In this document: positions 1 to 9,233 of the stretch, one piece after another
How the letters are laid out: the number at the start of each line of letters is the position of its first letter
How positions within the stretch are numbered: the stretch's first letter is position 1
Source of the DNA: Terriglobia bacterium
GTDB lineage: Bacteria > Acidobacteriota > Terriglobia > JAIQFV01
Length of the DNA: 64,000 nucleotides
Direction: 5' to 3'
Assembly (NCBI GenBank): GCA_041494885.1
Contig: JBGQBO010000007.1
Span: forward strand, 851-64,850
Notes under the pieces: model-generated
Database searches by the model: none
The model's input: the letters and a program-made list of their open reading frames with translations, nothing else
What the model was told of the DNA's origin: nothing
Translations under genes and position numbers: made by a program

Positions 1-116
1 GTTTGAGGAAAGGATGGAGCAAGGCAATCGCGGAGTCGAGATCCTCCAAAAAGATAGATCCGAACTGGAGACTAGAAAGAATGACCCCAATCATTCCGTG
101 AGCTATAATCGCTCAA

Positions 117-1445
117 ATGTGGAGTCCTCCTTCAACTGAGGGACCAGACCAATCCGGTGCCCGCCCGGATCGGCAGGCCCGCCACCTGCGTGTCCACGCC
201 ATTAAGGTTTTCGTTCGAGATCAAGATCAAAGCCTGCGGTTCTTCGTCGACCAACTCGGATTCGAGGTGGCTTTTGATGCCCGACTTCAATCCGGTGACC
301 GTTGGGTAGCGGTTTCGCCTCCCGACGGCACCGCGGTGCTGACGCTGGTCGCCCCTCAGCCCGAATCCTATGAGTACCAGCTCATCGGTCGACCCACCGG
401 CGTTGTTTTCGTCACCGACAATGTTGCCGCAAAGTACAGCGAATGGCACAAGCGCGGGGTTCGCTTTCATTATGCGCCTCGCCTCAGGCGCGTCCGCTAT
501 GAGCGCCCGGCGACGGCCGTGCCTTCGGAGGTCCCGGCGATACCGGGCGAGGAGCAGACGCCGGCCTGGGGAGGAGTGTTCACTCGCTTCAGCGATATGG
601 ATGGAAACTCCTTTGAGCTGGTCGGCTTCGATGAAGTGAGCCGGGAAGTCGAAGCGCAACGGCGCGCCAGTGAGGAGAGGCTGGAGTCTGAGCGCCGCGC
701 GGTGCAGGAACTGGAGATTGCAAGACTGGTGCAGGCAAGGTTTTTCCCCCAAACGCTGCCGCCCATTCGGACACTCGAATACGCTGGGATCTGTATCCAA
801 GCTCGCCAGGTCGGTGGCGATTACTACGATTTTCTCAATCTGGGTCAAGGGCGTTTCGGGCTGGTCGTGGGCGACATTTCGGGGAAAGGAATCGCTGCGG
901 CTCTTCTCATGGCCAATCTGCAGGCGAACCTCCGGAGTCAGTGCGCGATCGCGTGGGATAACCCCCAAGGCTTGCTGCGATCGGTGAACCGGATGTTTTA
1001 CGAGAACACGCCCGAAAGCGCCTACGCCACCCTCTTTTTCGCCGAATATGACGAAGCGATGCGCCGCTTGCGCTACGTGAATTGCGGCCACCTTTCAGCG
1101 CTTCTCCTGCGGAGCGATCATACCGTCGAGAAGCTCGATTCCACGTGCACTGTCCTGGGACTCTTCAGGGAATGGGATGGCTCGATTGCGGAACGCCAGC
1201 TCTTCTCTGGAGATACCCTCGCCCTCTGCACCGATGGGATCACTGAATCGTTCAACGACGCGGGAGAGGATTTCACAGAACAGCGGCTGATCGAAGCGCT
1301 GCGGCGGCATCGAGACCTGACGTCACAGGAGTTGATCGCCTCAATTGTTGCGGAAGTCCAGCAGTTCAGCCCCGGGGAACAGCACGACGACATTACTCTC
1401 ATCGTGGCCAAGTGCAGAGGAGATGGAGACCAGGACCCGAGTTAA
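117..1445 (+). CDS. VOC/glyoxalase-fold domain fused to a PP2C/SpoIIE-type protein phosphatase
   Basis: N-terminal VOC-like region (HAIKVFVRDQDQSLRFFVDQLGFEV ... DMDGNSFELVGF), a charged helical linker, then SpoIIE/PP2C motifs GGDYYDF, GDISGKGIAAALLMA, LCTDGITE, DDITLIV. Confidence 0.8.
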   Translation: MWSPPSTEGPDQSGARPDRQARHLRVHAIKVFVRDQDQSLRFFVDQLGFEVAFDARLQSGDRWVAVSPPDGTAVLTLVAPQPESYEYQLIGRPTGVVFVTDNVAAKYSEWHKRGVRFHYAPRLRRVRYERPATAVPSEVPAIPGEEQTPAWGGVFTRFSDMDGNSFELVGFDEVSREVEAQRRASEERLESERRAVQELEIARLVQARFFPQTLPPIRTLEYAGICIQARQVGGDYYDFLNLGQGRFGLVVGDISGKGIAAALLMANLQANLRSQCAIAWDNPQGLLRSVNRMFYENTPESAYATLFFAEYDEAMRRLRYVNCGHLSALLLRSDHTVEKLDSTCTVLGLFREWDGSIAERQLFSGDTLALCTDGITESFNDAGEDFTEQRLIEALRRHRDLTSQELIASIVAEVQQFSPGEQHDDITLIVAKCRGDGDQDPS

Positions 1446-2006
1446 ATCCGGCCTTGAGTTGATCCGGGAATGTTCCGAATGCCATTCAGTTAAGGAAACC
1501 CGGACCAAAACTCTCCATTCGATTGGGCGCTTTTTAAGACGAAACTCCGCTTAAGTGAACCGCCGATCGGTTGGGAAATAAAGAGATTCTTTCACCCCTC
1601 CGGGGCTCCCGTCATTTTTGGACCCTGACCCCGCCCTCGCCCCGCAAAAAGAAAAAGCGCAGGAGCTCAGACGGGGCTACAATCTGGCGGCCCTCCGGGC
1701 CTCTGACTGGAAACAAACCGTGGAAGTAAAAAGGGGTCAAACTCGGGCATGGGATTCTGCTGCAAAACTCCTCTGCGGCAATCTGCGGAAGAATAAATGA
1801 TATCAGGGGTTACATATCCGCTATCTGCAATTGACGAAGGGCTCGGGCGCCGAGAGCGGTCAAAGACTGATTGTTGGTGCAGCGAATTGAGAATCGTTGG
1901 ACGGTTGGCGGACACAGCAATGGATCGGAGTATGAGCCACTCTGTCATCTGACACAAAAACCCTTCCCATTTTGACCGCAAGATTCGGATAGATTTCCGC
2001 GATGAT

Positions 2007-3185
2007 TTGCCCTATCTTCGTCAATGTTTGCTGAGCTTTCATGAAATTTTAAGACGATGGAGGTCGAAGAACTTGCTCCAACAAGAATCCAATTCCCAAC
2101 ATTCAAGAGTTTCGTCCGATGACTCGCGTTGGCAGGCCGTGTTGAACAGGGATCCCCGTTCGGACAGGACCTTCGTGTTTGCAGTCCGCTCGACCGGGAT
2201 TTATTGTCGTCCTTCCTGTCCGGCCCGACGCCCCCAACGCACGCAGGTGGTCTTCTTCCCTCAACCGAACGCAGCAGAGCGCTCAGGGTTCCGTCCTTGT
2301 CGACGCTGCCACCCGCGTGAAGAGGTCCACTGGAACCCTCAAGCCGAGGTGGTTCGACGCGTCTGCGCCCTCATAGATTCGGGATCGGAGGAGACCCTGA
2401 CTTTAGACGCCCTGGGAGACAAGGTAGGCCTGAGTCCCCATCACCTTCAGAGGACCTTCAAGCGTTTGATGGGGATTACCCCGAGGCAGTACGCTGAAGC
2501 CCGCCGTTTGAAACACTTCAAGTCGCAATTGCGTAACGGGCAAAATGTGACCACGGCTCTCTATGAAGCTGGGTACGGTTCCAGCAGCCGTCTTTACGAA
2601 AAGACCGGGGCACATCTCGGCATGACACCAACCACTTATCGAAAAGGAGGAGAAGGCATGGTGATCCGTTATACGGTCAACAACTCACCGTTGGGCCGTC
2701 TCTTAGTCGCTGCCACTGACCGCGGGATTTGTTTTCTAAGCTTGGGAGATTCTGACCGGCCCCTCGAAAAGGTGCTTCGAGAGGAATATCCGTCGGCTGA
2801 GATTCGTCGTGAGCAAACGGGGCTCGGTCAGTGGGTCAGCTCCATCATGAAACACCTTCAAGGAAGCCATCCCCAACTGGAGCTGCCGGTCGATGTGGAG
2901 GCGACCGCCTTTCAACGGGCGGTGTGGCAGAAACTGCAGTCGATCCCTTACGGACAAACGCGAAGCTACAGCGCCATTGCTCGATCCCTGGGCCGACCCC
3001 GCGCTGCTCGCGCCGTAGCAAGAGCATGTGCCACCAATCGCGTGTCGATCGTAATCCCTTGTCACCGCGTCGTGAGGGAAGATGGCAACCTGGGAGGTTA
3101 TCGTTGGGGGCTGAAACGCAAGGAAGCACTGCTTTCAATGGAGCAGAGTAAGTCTGCACGCGCCCGGAAGGCTGTGGGATCGTAG
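2007..3185 (+). CDS. ada: Ada-type bifunctional transcriptional regulator / O6-methylguanine-DNA methyltransferase
   Basis: Ada Zn-Cys4 N-domain (FVFAVRSTGIYCRPSCPARRP...RPCRRC), AraC-type HTH (LSPHHLQRTFKRLMGITPRQY), MGMT active site IPCHRVV. The real start may be TTG 2073, preceded by GGAGG. Confidence 0.85.
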   Translation: MPYLRQCLLSFHEILRRWRSKNLLQQESNSQHSRVSSDDSRWQAVLNRDPRSDRTFVFAVRSTGIYCRPSCPARRPQRTQVVFFPQPNAAERSGFRPCRRCHPREEVHWNPQAEVVRRVCALIDSGSEETLTLDALGDKVGLSPHHLQRTFKRLMGITPRQYAEARRLKHFKSQLRNGQNVTTALYEAGYGSSSRLYEKTGAHLGMTPTTYRKGGEGMVIRYTVNNSPLGRLLVAATDRGICFLSLGDSDRPLEKVLREEYPSAEIRREQTGLGQWVSSIMKHLQGSHPQLELPVDVEATAFQRAVWQKLQSIPYGQTRSYSAIARSLGRPRAARAVARACATNRVSIVIPCHRVVREDGNLGGYRWGLKRKEALLSMEQSKSARARKAVGS

Positions 3186-3553
3186 AGAAAGTCGAATGCG
3201 AGTTCGGATTGCGGACTGCGGATTTCAGATTGCGGAAGAAGATCATTGGACGGGTGGCGCATACACGTGTTCTTGGCGTGGGTGCGGTTCTTCTTCTGTC
3301 GGAATCGATTGGCATCAGTCATTCATGCTAAGGCTAGGTGGAACTACGTTTCCCAGTTGACTCGCACACATCGCAAAAGACGCGATGTATGCGCCACCCG
3401 GCCAGCAGGGATGCGATTTCGGATTGCGGAATTCGGATTGCAGAGGGGGATCTTAGGAACAATCGGATGCGGCCAAGGGGGAGACGATTGCGGATTGCGG
3501 TGCAGGTGACGCACACTCTGATGGATCGGAGTATGCGCCACTCCTCCCATCAT
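3186..3553. repeat. Intergenic repeat block: GATTGCGGA-type short-period repeats plus GTATGCGCCAC boxes
   Basis: cggattgcggactgcggatttcagattgcgga (about 3205-3235). Exact 14-bp inverted repeat cgggtggcgcatac (3251-3264) / gtatgcgccacccg (3387-3400). gatttcggattgcgga (3415-3430) recurs exactly as reverse complement at 48458-48473. atggatcggagtatgcgccactc (3521-3543) matches 1920-1942 with 1 mismatch. Confidence 0.8.
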
Positions 3554-3900
3554 CCCTTCACTATCCCGATACTATTGCCTTCCGGATCTTGGAACAAAGC
3601 GAACGTGACCATGTTGGGAATCTCGGTCGGAGGCACAAGCGTTTTTCCGCCCATGCTTTCGACCTTCTTCAAGCAGGCATCGAGATCAGGAACCGCTACA
3701 TAAAAAGTCACGTACGAGGGTGCTCCCGCCTCGGCGGCTCCAACGCCACCACCGATTCCTCCCTGAGCTCCGGGCTTGACCAGACCATAGTTCATCGGGT
3801 TGTTGGCATCGATTTCCCAGTCGAACAATTTGCCGTAAAAGTCCTGAAGTTTTTTTCCATCCTTCCCCATAATCTCAAAGTGAACCACGGGTGCGGCCAT
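3550..3900 (-). CDS. VOC (glyoxalase/bleomycin-resistance fold) family protein
   Basis: 116 aa, MAAPVVHFEIMGKDGKKLQDFYGKLFDWEI ... FALFQDPEGNSIGIV. AAGGAG-type RBS upstream of the ATG. Confidence 0.75.
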   Translation of the reverse strand: MAAPVVHFEIMGKDGKKLQDFYGKLFDWEIDANNPMNYGLVKPGAQGGIGGGVGAAEAGAPSYVTFYVAVPDLDACLKKVESMGGKTLVPPTEIPNMVTFALFQDPEGNSIGIVKG

Positions 3901-4001
3901 AGGTAAACTCCTTGTTGAAGTGAATTTGAGCTAACCAGAATTTCGTGATTCAATCGTCAAAGGCGAAATTCAGGCGCAGACCAAGGACAGGTTCCTCCCG
4001 C

Positions 4002-4367
4002 TCAGTTCGCACCTATCCCCTTGGGACCCTTCCCGTATCTCTGCGTGGCGAAGCCCAAGATCATGCCGACGATCGATCCCGGGACCATGATTTCCAGGTA
4101 GTAATGATGCCCGGTGGGATCTCCCCTCATCGCCACCAGGTAGGCGAGCAACAGTCCGACCCCAAATCCAAAAACGATCCCCCAGGGTACGGAACGGATC
4201 TTTCGGGCGAAGAATCCGATAATCACACCGGCGAGGAGCCCCTTGAGCGACGATCCAATCAGAATGCCCATGATTAACGGCGCCGTATTGGGATAGAAAA
4301 GCGCCGTCAACCCGTCCAAAATCCCCAGAACAGCCCCCACAATCAATCCAAGCAGCGGTTTTGACAT
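4002..4367 (-). CDS. Small Gly-rich integral membrane protein, about 4 TM, function unknown
   Basis: Hydrophobic Gly-rich segments (LLGLIVGAVLGILDGL, IMGILIGSSLKGLLAGVIIGFF, WGIVFGFGVGLLLAYLV, IVGMILGF). ATG 4367 follows a GGAGGA RBS. Confidence 0.55.
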   Translation of the reverse strand: MSKPLLGLIVGAVLGILDGLTALFYPNTAPLIMGILIGSSLKGLLAGVIIGFFARKIRSVPWGIVFGFGVGLLLAYLVAMRGDPTGHHYYLEIMVPGSIVGMILGFATQRYGKGPKGIGAN

Positions 4368-4440
4368 TAGCGTCCTCCACAATCAGGGTTTATTAAGAAC
4401 CTTCCCTCTACTCATCTATTAAACGCTTTTTGTTTTTCCT

Positions 4441-5547
4441 TTAGAGTCGGCCCAAAAAATAAAGCACAAACCTTACCAGCATGTAGGCAAACATCAGGAA
4501 GATGATGAAGCGATAGCGATTCAACCATCGTCCGGCTTTTTCAATAATATTCTCTTCATAGGCCGATACCGGCAGGTCGCTCAGAAACAATTCGACATCA
4601 GTTGCCAATTCTTCAACCTTCGAATAACGAAGGGGAGGTTCGAACGCCATGGCCTTCATGCAGACCGCTTCAAGGGACTTCGGAATGGTTGGATCAGATT
4701 TCCTGGGCCGAAGCAACTGCTTCTCCCGGAAGTTCTCTCGAATTTGCTGAACCGACGCACCTTCGTAAGGATGACGATGGGTCAAGAGGAAATACAGTAA
4801 GGCGCCCAAGGAATAAACGTCGGTCAGCCGGCTGTGCCCGGCAGTCTGTCCCAGGGCCTGTTCGGGGGCCATGTACGAGGGGGTGCCCAGGACAGTGCCC
4901 GACATCGTTTCAACAAGAGGCTTCAGCGGGGGTCTCATGGATGGGTCCAGGCGTGTGTCATCCGCAGTTGATGCACCTTGCCCGGTTGAGTCGAAGTCAG
5001 CCAGAGTCGTCACATCCTCTTCGGCGCCGGGGAGGATTTTTGCAACCCCCCAGTCCATCACCATAACCTCTCCAAACGCCCCCACCATGATATTTTCCGG
5101 CTTCAGGTCGCGGTGGATGATGCCATGTGCATGGGCGAAGGCCACCGCCTCACAGATTTTCAGAAAGACCCTGAGGCGCTCGGAAATTGCTGCTGCTTTT
5201 TGGGAGTAGTGGGTAAGACTGTTTCCTTGAACGAACTTCATGGCATAAAAAACCCGGCCGTCGGGCAACGTGCCCACGTCATGGATCGGGACTATGCCGG
5301 GATGTTCGAGCCGGGCGATGATCTGGGCTTCGGCTTGCATGCGTGAAACCGAATCTTCGGAGGACACAGCGGAATCCATGACTTTCAGCGCCACCGGCCG
5401 GGAGAGCTTTGTGTCCTCGGCCAGATAAACGGTCGCCATGCCTCCCGATCCCAGCACCCGGAGAATCCGGTAGGGGGTCCGGCTCAGGTCTGGAAAGGTC
5501 GAGACCTCGCGGAGATGATCCACCATCTCGTCATTCAACCAGTTCAT
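4441..5547 (-). CDS. Hanks-type Ser/Thr protein kinase with C-terminal TM anchor
   Basis: GSGGMATVY glycine loop, VALK, HRDLKPENIM, DWGVAK (DFG variant), SYMAPEQ, C-terminal TM FIIFLMFAYMLVRFVLYFL. Its start overlaps the stop of the upstream sigma gene by 4 nt (ATGA). Confidence 0.9.
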   Translation of the reverse strand: MNWLNDEMVDHLREVSTFPDLSRTPYRILRVLGSGGMATVYLAEDTKLSRPVALKVMDSAVSSEDSVSRMQAEAQIIARLEHPGIVPIHDVGTLPDGRVFYAMKFVQGNSLTHYSQKAAAISERLRVFLKICEAVAFAHAHGIIHRDLKPENIMVGAFGEVMVMDWGVAKILPGAEEDVTTLADFDSTGQGASTADDTRLDPSMRPPLKPLVETMSGTVLGTPSYMAPEQALGQTAGHSRLTDVYSLGALLYFLLTHRHPYEGASVQQIRENFREKQLLRPRKSDPTIPKSLEAVCMKAMAFEPPLRYSKVEELATDVELFLSDLPVSAYEENIIEKAGRWLNRYRFIIFLMFAYMLVRFVLYFLGRL

Positions 5548-6293
5548 TTCAGATTCGCGCCCAAAAGCCAGCGCGCCTCGCTCCGAAATTCGTCATCGTT
5601 GGCCGTAATCTCGCGTAGCTTTTCCAAAACGATTCGCCGGAACTCCCTTCGGGCAAATGCCAGGTAATTGGTGATCTGACTGACGGGGATCTCCATCGCC
5701 CTTGCAAGGGATTCATAGCTGCCCTCCCCTGTCGCCCGATCCTCATTCAAGTCGTATCGTTCAAACACCTCGAACTGTGTTGTCTTTCCAGCGGCCGTGA
5801 ATTCATGACGCAGAACCTCAACCGCCATCGAAAACAAACTTCGTACCCATTCCTTGTAGAAATAGTCTTCCATGGTGTTCTCGGCAGGCAGTTCAGAGAG
5901 CTTGAGCTCCATCTCGGCGCTATTGAAATCCACGGATTCAACCGGGCAGTCGCCTCCGCGTTTGATCCGGTGAGCCGCCTTCTCTTCGTTGGAAACATAG
6001 CCGTCCACGCAAGTGCGAACAAAAGTCCGAAAACGAGCCCTGGAGGGATCATAGGATTTAAAAGAGTCCTTTTCAATGGCTCGCGCGAAAAACCCTTGCG
6101 TGAGATCCTTGGCATCCTCGCTGGATTTGTTCCATTTCAATCGAATGTATTTGTAAATGGGTTTCCAATACACTGCCGCCATTGATTCTGTCGCCTGGAA
6201 TCTTAGGGCTAAATCATCGCTGCTTAGTCTGACAATCACAGACACCTGGGTCGTCGGGAACAGGCCGCCACCGATTTTTGAGTCCTTCATCAT
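5544..6293 (-). CDS. ECF-like sigma-70 family factor of the kinase-associated type
   Basis: N-terminal FPTTQVSVI motif, long sigma2-sigma4 linker, region-4-like HTH (SYESLARAMEIPVSQITNYLAFARREFRRIV). Translationally coupled to the Ser/Thr kinase. Confidence 0.65.
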   Translation of the reverse strand: MMKDSKIGGGLFPTTQVSVIVRLSSDDLALRFQATESMAAVYWKPIYKYIRLKWNKSSEDAKDLTQGFFARAIEKDSFKSYDPSRARFRTFVRTCVDGYVSNEEKAAHRIKRGGDCPVESVDFNSAEMELKLSELPAENTMEDYFYKEWVRSLFSMAVEVLRHEFTAAGKTTQFEVFERYDLNEDRATGEGSYESLARAMEIPVSQITNYLAFARREFRRIVLEKLREITANDDEFRSEARWLLGANLK

Positions 6294-6552
6294 AACGCTT
6301 TGATGGACCCCCTTGGATCAGCCATCCTGCTCATATTTCTGATGCCCTGGTCCCCGGAACCTTCGAGACCCTTTTGATTAGCTGTTCGTTGCCAGAATAT
6401 GGAATTGAATACGGGGCCACAAGCAAAAAGTTGCTCTTCAAGATAAGAGAGTGCCAGTTCGCCATGATTCCATTAAGATGAGGGGACAGTGCCTCCGCGG
6501 GGGAAAGTCCGGTGGAGTGGATATATGCCCTCGGAATTCATGACCGCGACGA

Positions 6553-7284
6553 ATGCATTCGGAAGACAATTCGATGTGGAGCAATTGGCAAACTCTCGGA
6601 AGATGGCCCGCCTTCGATCCAACAGGCAGACTACTGCTGTGGATATCGATGGGAAGCAGCTTTATTTTCTTTCTCAGCCTCGGTTGGCAGCCTTACTCGG
6701 GAAGTGTAGTTATCAAAGCCATGTCCATCCTCCCCCTGGCGCTGCTTGCCTTCAGACTCCTTCATAGCCTCGAGGGGTTTGTGCTGGGGCTCTCCTTGGC
6801 GTTCTCTTCGCTGGGTGACGTCTTTCTTGCCATCGATCCGGTAAGGTTTTTTGTTTTCGGACTGGCTTCATTTCTAATCGCCCACCTCTTGTACATTGCA
6901 TTGTTCGCGCTGAGTTGGGCTCGCCCCTTGAGGATCAACTCGACGCGCTTAGTCATGATCGTTCTCGTCGTGTTGTACGGTGTATTAATGGCCCATTGGT
7001 TTCTGCCCTTCCTTGGGAATCTGACAGGACCGGTTCTGGCCTATCTCGGTGTGATTATCTTGATGGTGGTGGCTGCTCTCGGCGCTGATTTCTCAAAGCC
7101 TTGGGTGGCTATTGGAGCCGTGTTGTTCCTTCTCTCGGACTCGATGATCGCAGTGAGTAAGTTCAAACATCCTGTTGTGTTCCGTGATTACCTCGTGTGG
7201 ATCAGTTATTACCTCGCCCAGTATTTTATCTCTGTTGGTTTCTTGCGCGAGAAGCTTGGCCAAAGAAGATCACTGAGTCCCTGA
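6553..7284 (+). CDS. YhhN family (lysoplasmalogenase-like) membrane protein
   Basis: Aligns by eye to E. coli YhhN blocks: SLGDVFLAID, FGLASFLIAHLLYIALF, GAVLFLLSDSMIAVSKF, YYLAQYFISVGFL. The real start is probably an internal Met (6574 or about 6652). Confidence 0.7.
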   Translation: MHSEDNSMWSNWQTLGRWPAFDPTGRLLLWISMGSSFIFFLSLGWQPYSGSVVIKAMSILPLALLAFRLLHSLEGFVLGLSLAFSSLGDVFLAIDPVRFFVFGLASFLIAHLLYIALFALSWARPLRINSTRLVMIVLVVLYGVLMAHWFLPFLGNLTGPVLAYLGVIILMVVAALGADFSKPWVAIGAVLFLLSDSMIAVSKFKHPVVFRDYLVWISYYLAQYFISVGFLREKLGQRRSLSP

Positions 7285-7290
7285 CCCAAT

Positions 7291-8985
7291 TTATTTATCA
7301 GCAATGTACGCTCTGGCCTCGCGGAACTCCGGCAACTCGGGGTCGGCTTTCTGCCAGACCTGCATAAATCTGTTATAGGCACTTATTGCCTCTAAGCGGT
7401 CCCTATTCTGAGCGGCTGCGCGAGCGGCACCGACGAGCGATCGTGCACGGTTCGGCTGTCGCAACAGCGACATTGAGAACTCCCGGGCTGCTTCCACGGG
7501 CTTTCCCGCCTTCAGTAGTATTTCGCCAAATAGTTCGTGAGAGGGCTTAATCAGAGTCGGCGGGCCGGAAGGAGGCGACATTTCTTCCTCCAGTGCTGTG
7601 GCTTCCTTCATGTGCTCGATGGCCTGATCGAAACCTCCTTTTGCAGTCGCCTCCATGGCCCCCACTTCCAGCTCTCTAATTTTCGTCACTTTGGCCTCGT
7701 AGGCATCGTGAGTGCCAGCGAGTTGCTGTTGGTGGACCTGCAAAGCTTGAACGCTTTGATCCTCGGCCTTGGAGGCCAGGTGGGCTGCGGCGAGGCCCCG
7801 AATAAAGACAGGGATGATTTGATTGCTCTCGAGGTACATCATTTTCATTCCTGGTGCATCACCCCCCATGGCATGACCCGTTCGAGCATCCCCCGTTGCG
7901 GAAGCCGACGTCGTTCCGCCATTCTGCCCAGCCGGCCTCTCAAAAAGGCTTGCAGCGAGTTGCCAGCGCTGAGTCTCAACCACAAAAGCTGCGGCCATGT
8001 CCTGATAATAATGGTTCGGGATGGGGAAAGTGGGGCGTAAAGAACCCGCGCTGGCTTCAGCCCAGGCGCTCCCCTTTTGCAGGAGCAGCTCCTCCGCCTC
8101 GCGATAGCGGCCCTGTTGCAGGTAGGTGTAAAGGAGCCATTGAAGGCTGTGATAGTCGAGCACCGAGTCAGGCAGGTGTTTTTGTTTCACCCAGGCCCTT
8201 GAAGCCGCCCAGGCCCATTCATTGGAGGACGCTGCGGCGGGCCACATTCCCAACTGGAGGAAAATATGGGAAGGCATGTGACGGGCGTGCGGGGCGGCAG
8301 GCGCAATCTCGGCATAGCGCCTCGCCGCAGGCAAGGCCAGGATGGCATGTTCCGGATCATCGAAGGCATGGATGATGTAATGCGCCGCTCCCGGGTGATT
8401 CGGATTCTTCTGGAAAACGTCCAGGGCAATGGCACCCGCCTGCATCTGGCGGCGAAATCCATGGTCCCCGGGGCGAACGGTGCCGAGCAGCGATAATGCG
8501 TAAAAGCAGGCGGCTTCGAGGTCCTGAGGATAATCGCGATAGATTTTACCCATGGCGGCAGAGTACGCGTGGTCCCGAGAAAGCTTGTCTCCCTCGCCAT
8601 ACAGCAACTTTACCGCGTTAATGTAAGCCCGCTCCCGGTCCGTTAAACTACCGATGTCACGGATTTTTTTCAGAACACTGCGCGCTCCTTCCGTGTCCTG
8701 CTGGGCCCAGAGCGGATGATTCAGGGCCATGGCCTCTCCCCAATAGCCCATCATGAAGTCGGGTTCGATTTGTATCGATTTGCGAAATTCTTCAAGCGCT
8801 TCCTCAAACCAGAAGGAGTGCAGCGCCACCAATCCCCGCAAGAAATGCCCTTGAGCTTCCACCCCTCCCGAAGTCGGGAACTCAACCTTGCCCAGAGCGG
8901 CCGATTGGGCCGGAACCTGACCTGCCGCGAGGAGGAGCCCGCAGAGTAAAACAAGAATCAAGCGAATGGTTCGACACATGGACAT
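7291..8985 (-). CDS. Secreted TPR-repeat protein
   Basis: Signal peptide MSMCRTIRLILVLLCGLLLAAGQVPAQS. Repeated Ala/Tyr/Leu-rich helical pairs typical of TPR. No catalytic motif recognised. Confidence 0.55.
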   Translation of the reverse strand: MSMCRTIRLILVLLCGLLLAAGQVPAQSAALGKVEFPTSGGVEAQGHFLRGLVALHSFWFEEALEEFRKSIQIEPDFMMGYWGEAMALNHPLWAQQDTEGARSVLKKIRDIGSLTDRERAYINAVKLLYGEGDKLSRDHAYSAAMGKIYRDYPQDLEAACFYALSLLGTVRPGDHGFRRQMQAGAIALDVFQKNPNHPGAAHYIIHAFDDPEHAILALPAARRYAEIAPAAPHARHMPSHIFLQLGMWPAAASSNEWAWAASRAWVKQKHLPDSVLDYHSLQWLLYTYLQQGRYREAEELLLQKGSAWAEASAGSLRPTFPIPNHYYQDMAAAFVVETQRWQLAASLFERPAGQNGGTTSASATGDARTGHAMGGDAPGMKMMYLESNQIIPVFIRGLAAAHLASKAEDQSVQALQVHQQQLAGTHDAYEAKVTKIRELEVGAMEATAKGGFDQAIEHMKEATALEEEMSPPSGPPTLIKPSHELFGEILLKAGKPVEAAREFSMSLLRQPNRARSLVGAARAAAQNRDRLEAISAYNRFMQVWQKADPELPEFREARAYIADK

Positions 8986-9183
8986 AAAGTCACCCTGAAA
9001 CGGCGGCCTGCCTTCGTCGCTATTTCCCTTTTTCTGAAGAATGGAAAAACAACTATACCCGGATTGACGTATTGAAGCATATAGGTTAATTCACCCGGCG
9101 TTCACTGGCAAGATTTGGTTTTCCAAGACCCCCATCGAGTCGTACCAAGAGGGAGAAGATTCATGTCATATGATCTACGGGTT

Positions 9184-9208
9184 GGAACGACTAATAAAGG
9201 GAAGCGAG
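9184..9208 (+). promoter_or_regulatory. Candidate ECF-type autoregulatory promoter (GGAAC-N16-CGAG)
   Basis: GGAAC at 9184-9188, 16-nt spacer, CGAG at 9205-9208, 26 nt upstream of the sigma gene ATG 9234. A pattern match only. Confidence 0.3.
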
Positions 9209-9233
9209 AGGTCGGACCTGGGCAGGCCCATTA

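Noticed and set aside
132-1091. Long antisense ORFs opposite confident genes (132-1091, 14672-15436, 26980-27855, 38223-39137, 52203-52877, 56559-57362, 61064-61831, 40271-41017, 18271-18978).
   Set aside because: Each lies fully inside a gene with clear family motifs on the other strand. Their translations are Arg/Gly/Pro/Ser-rich with no motifs. These are typical shadow ORFs of GC-rich DNA.
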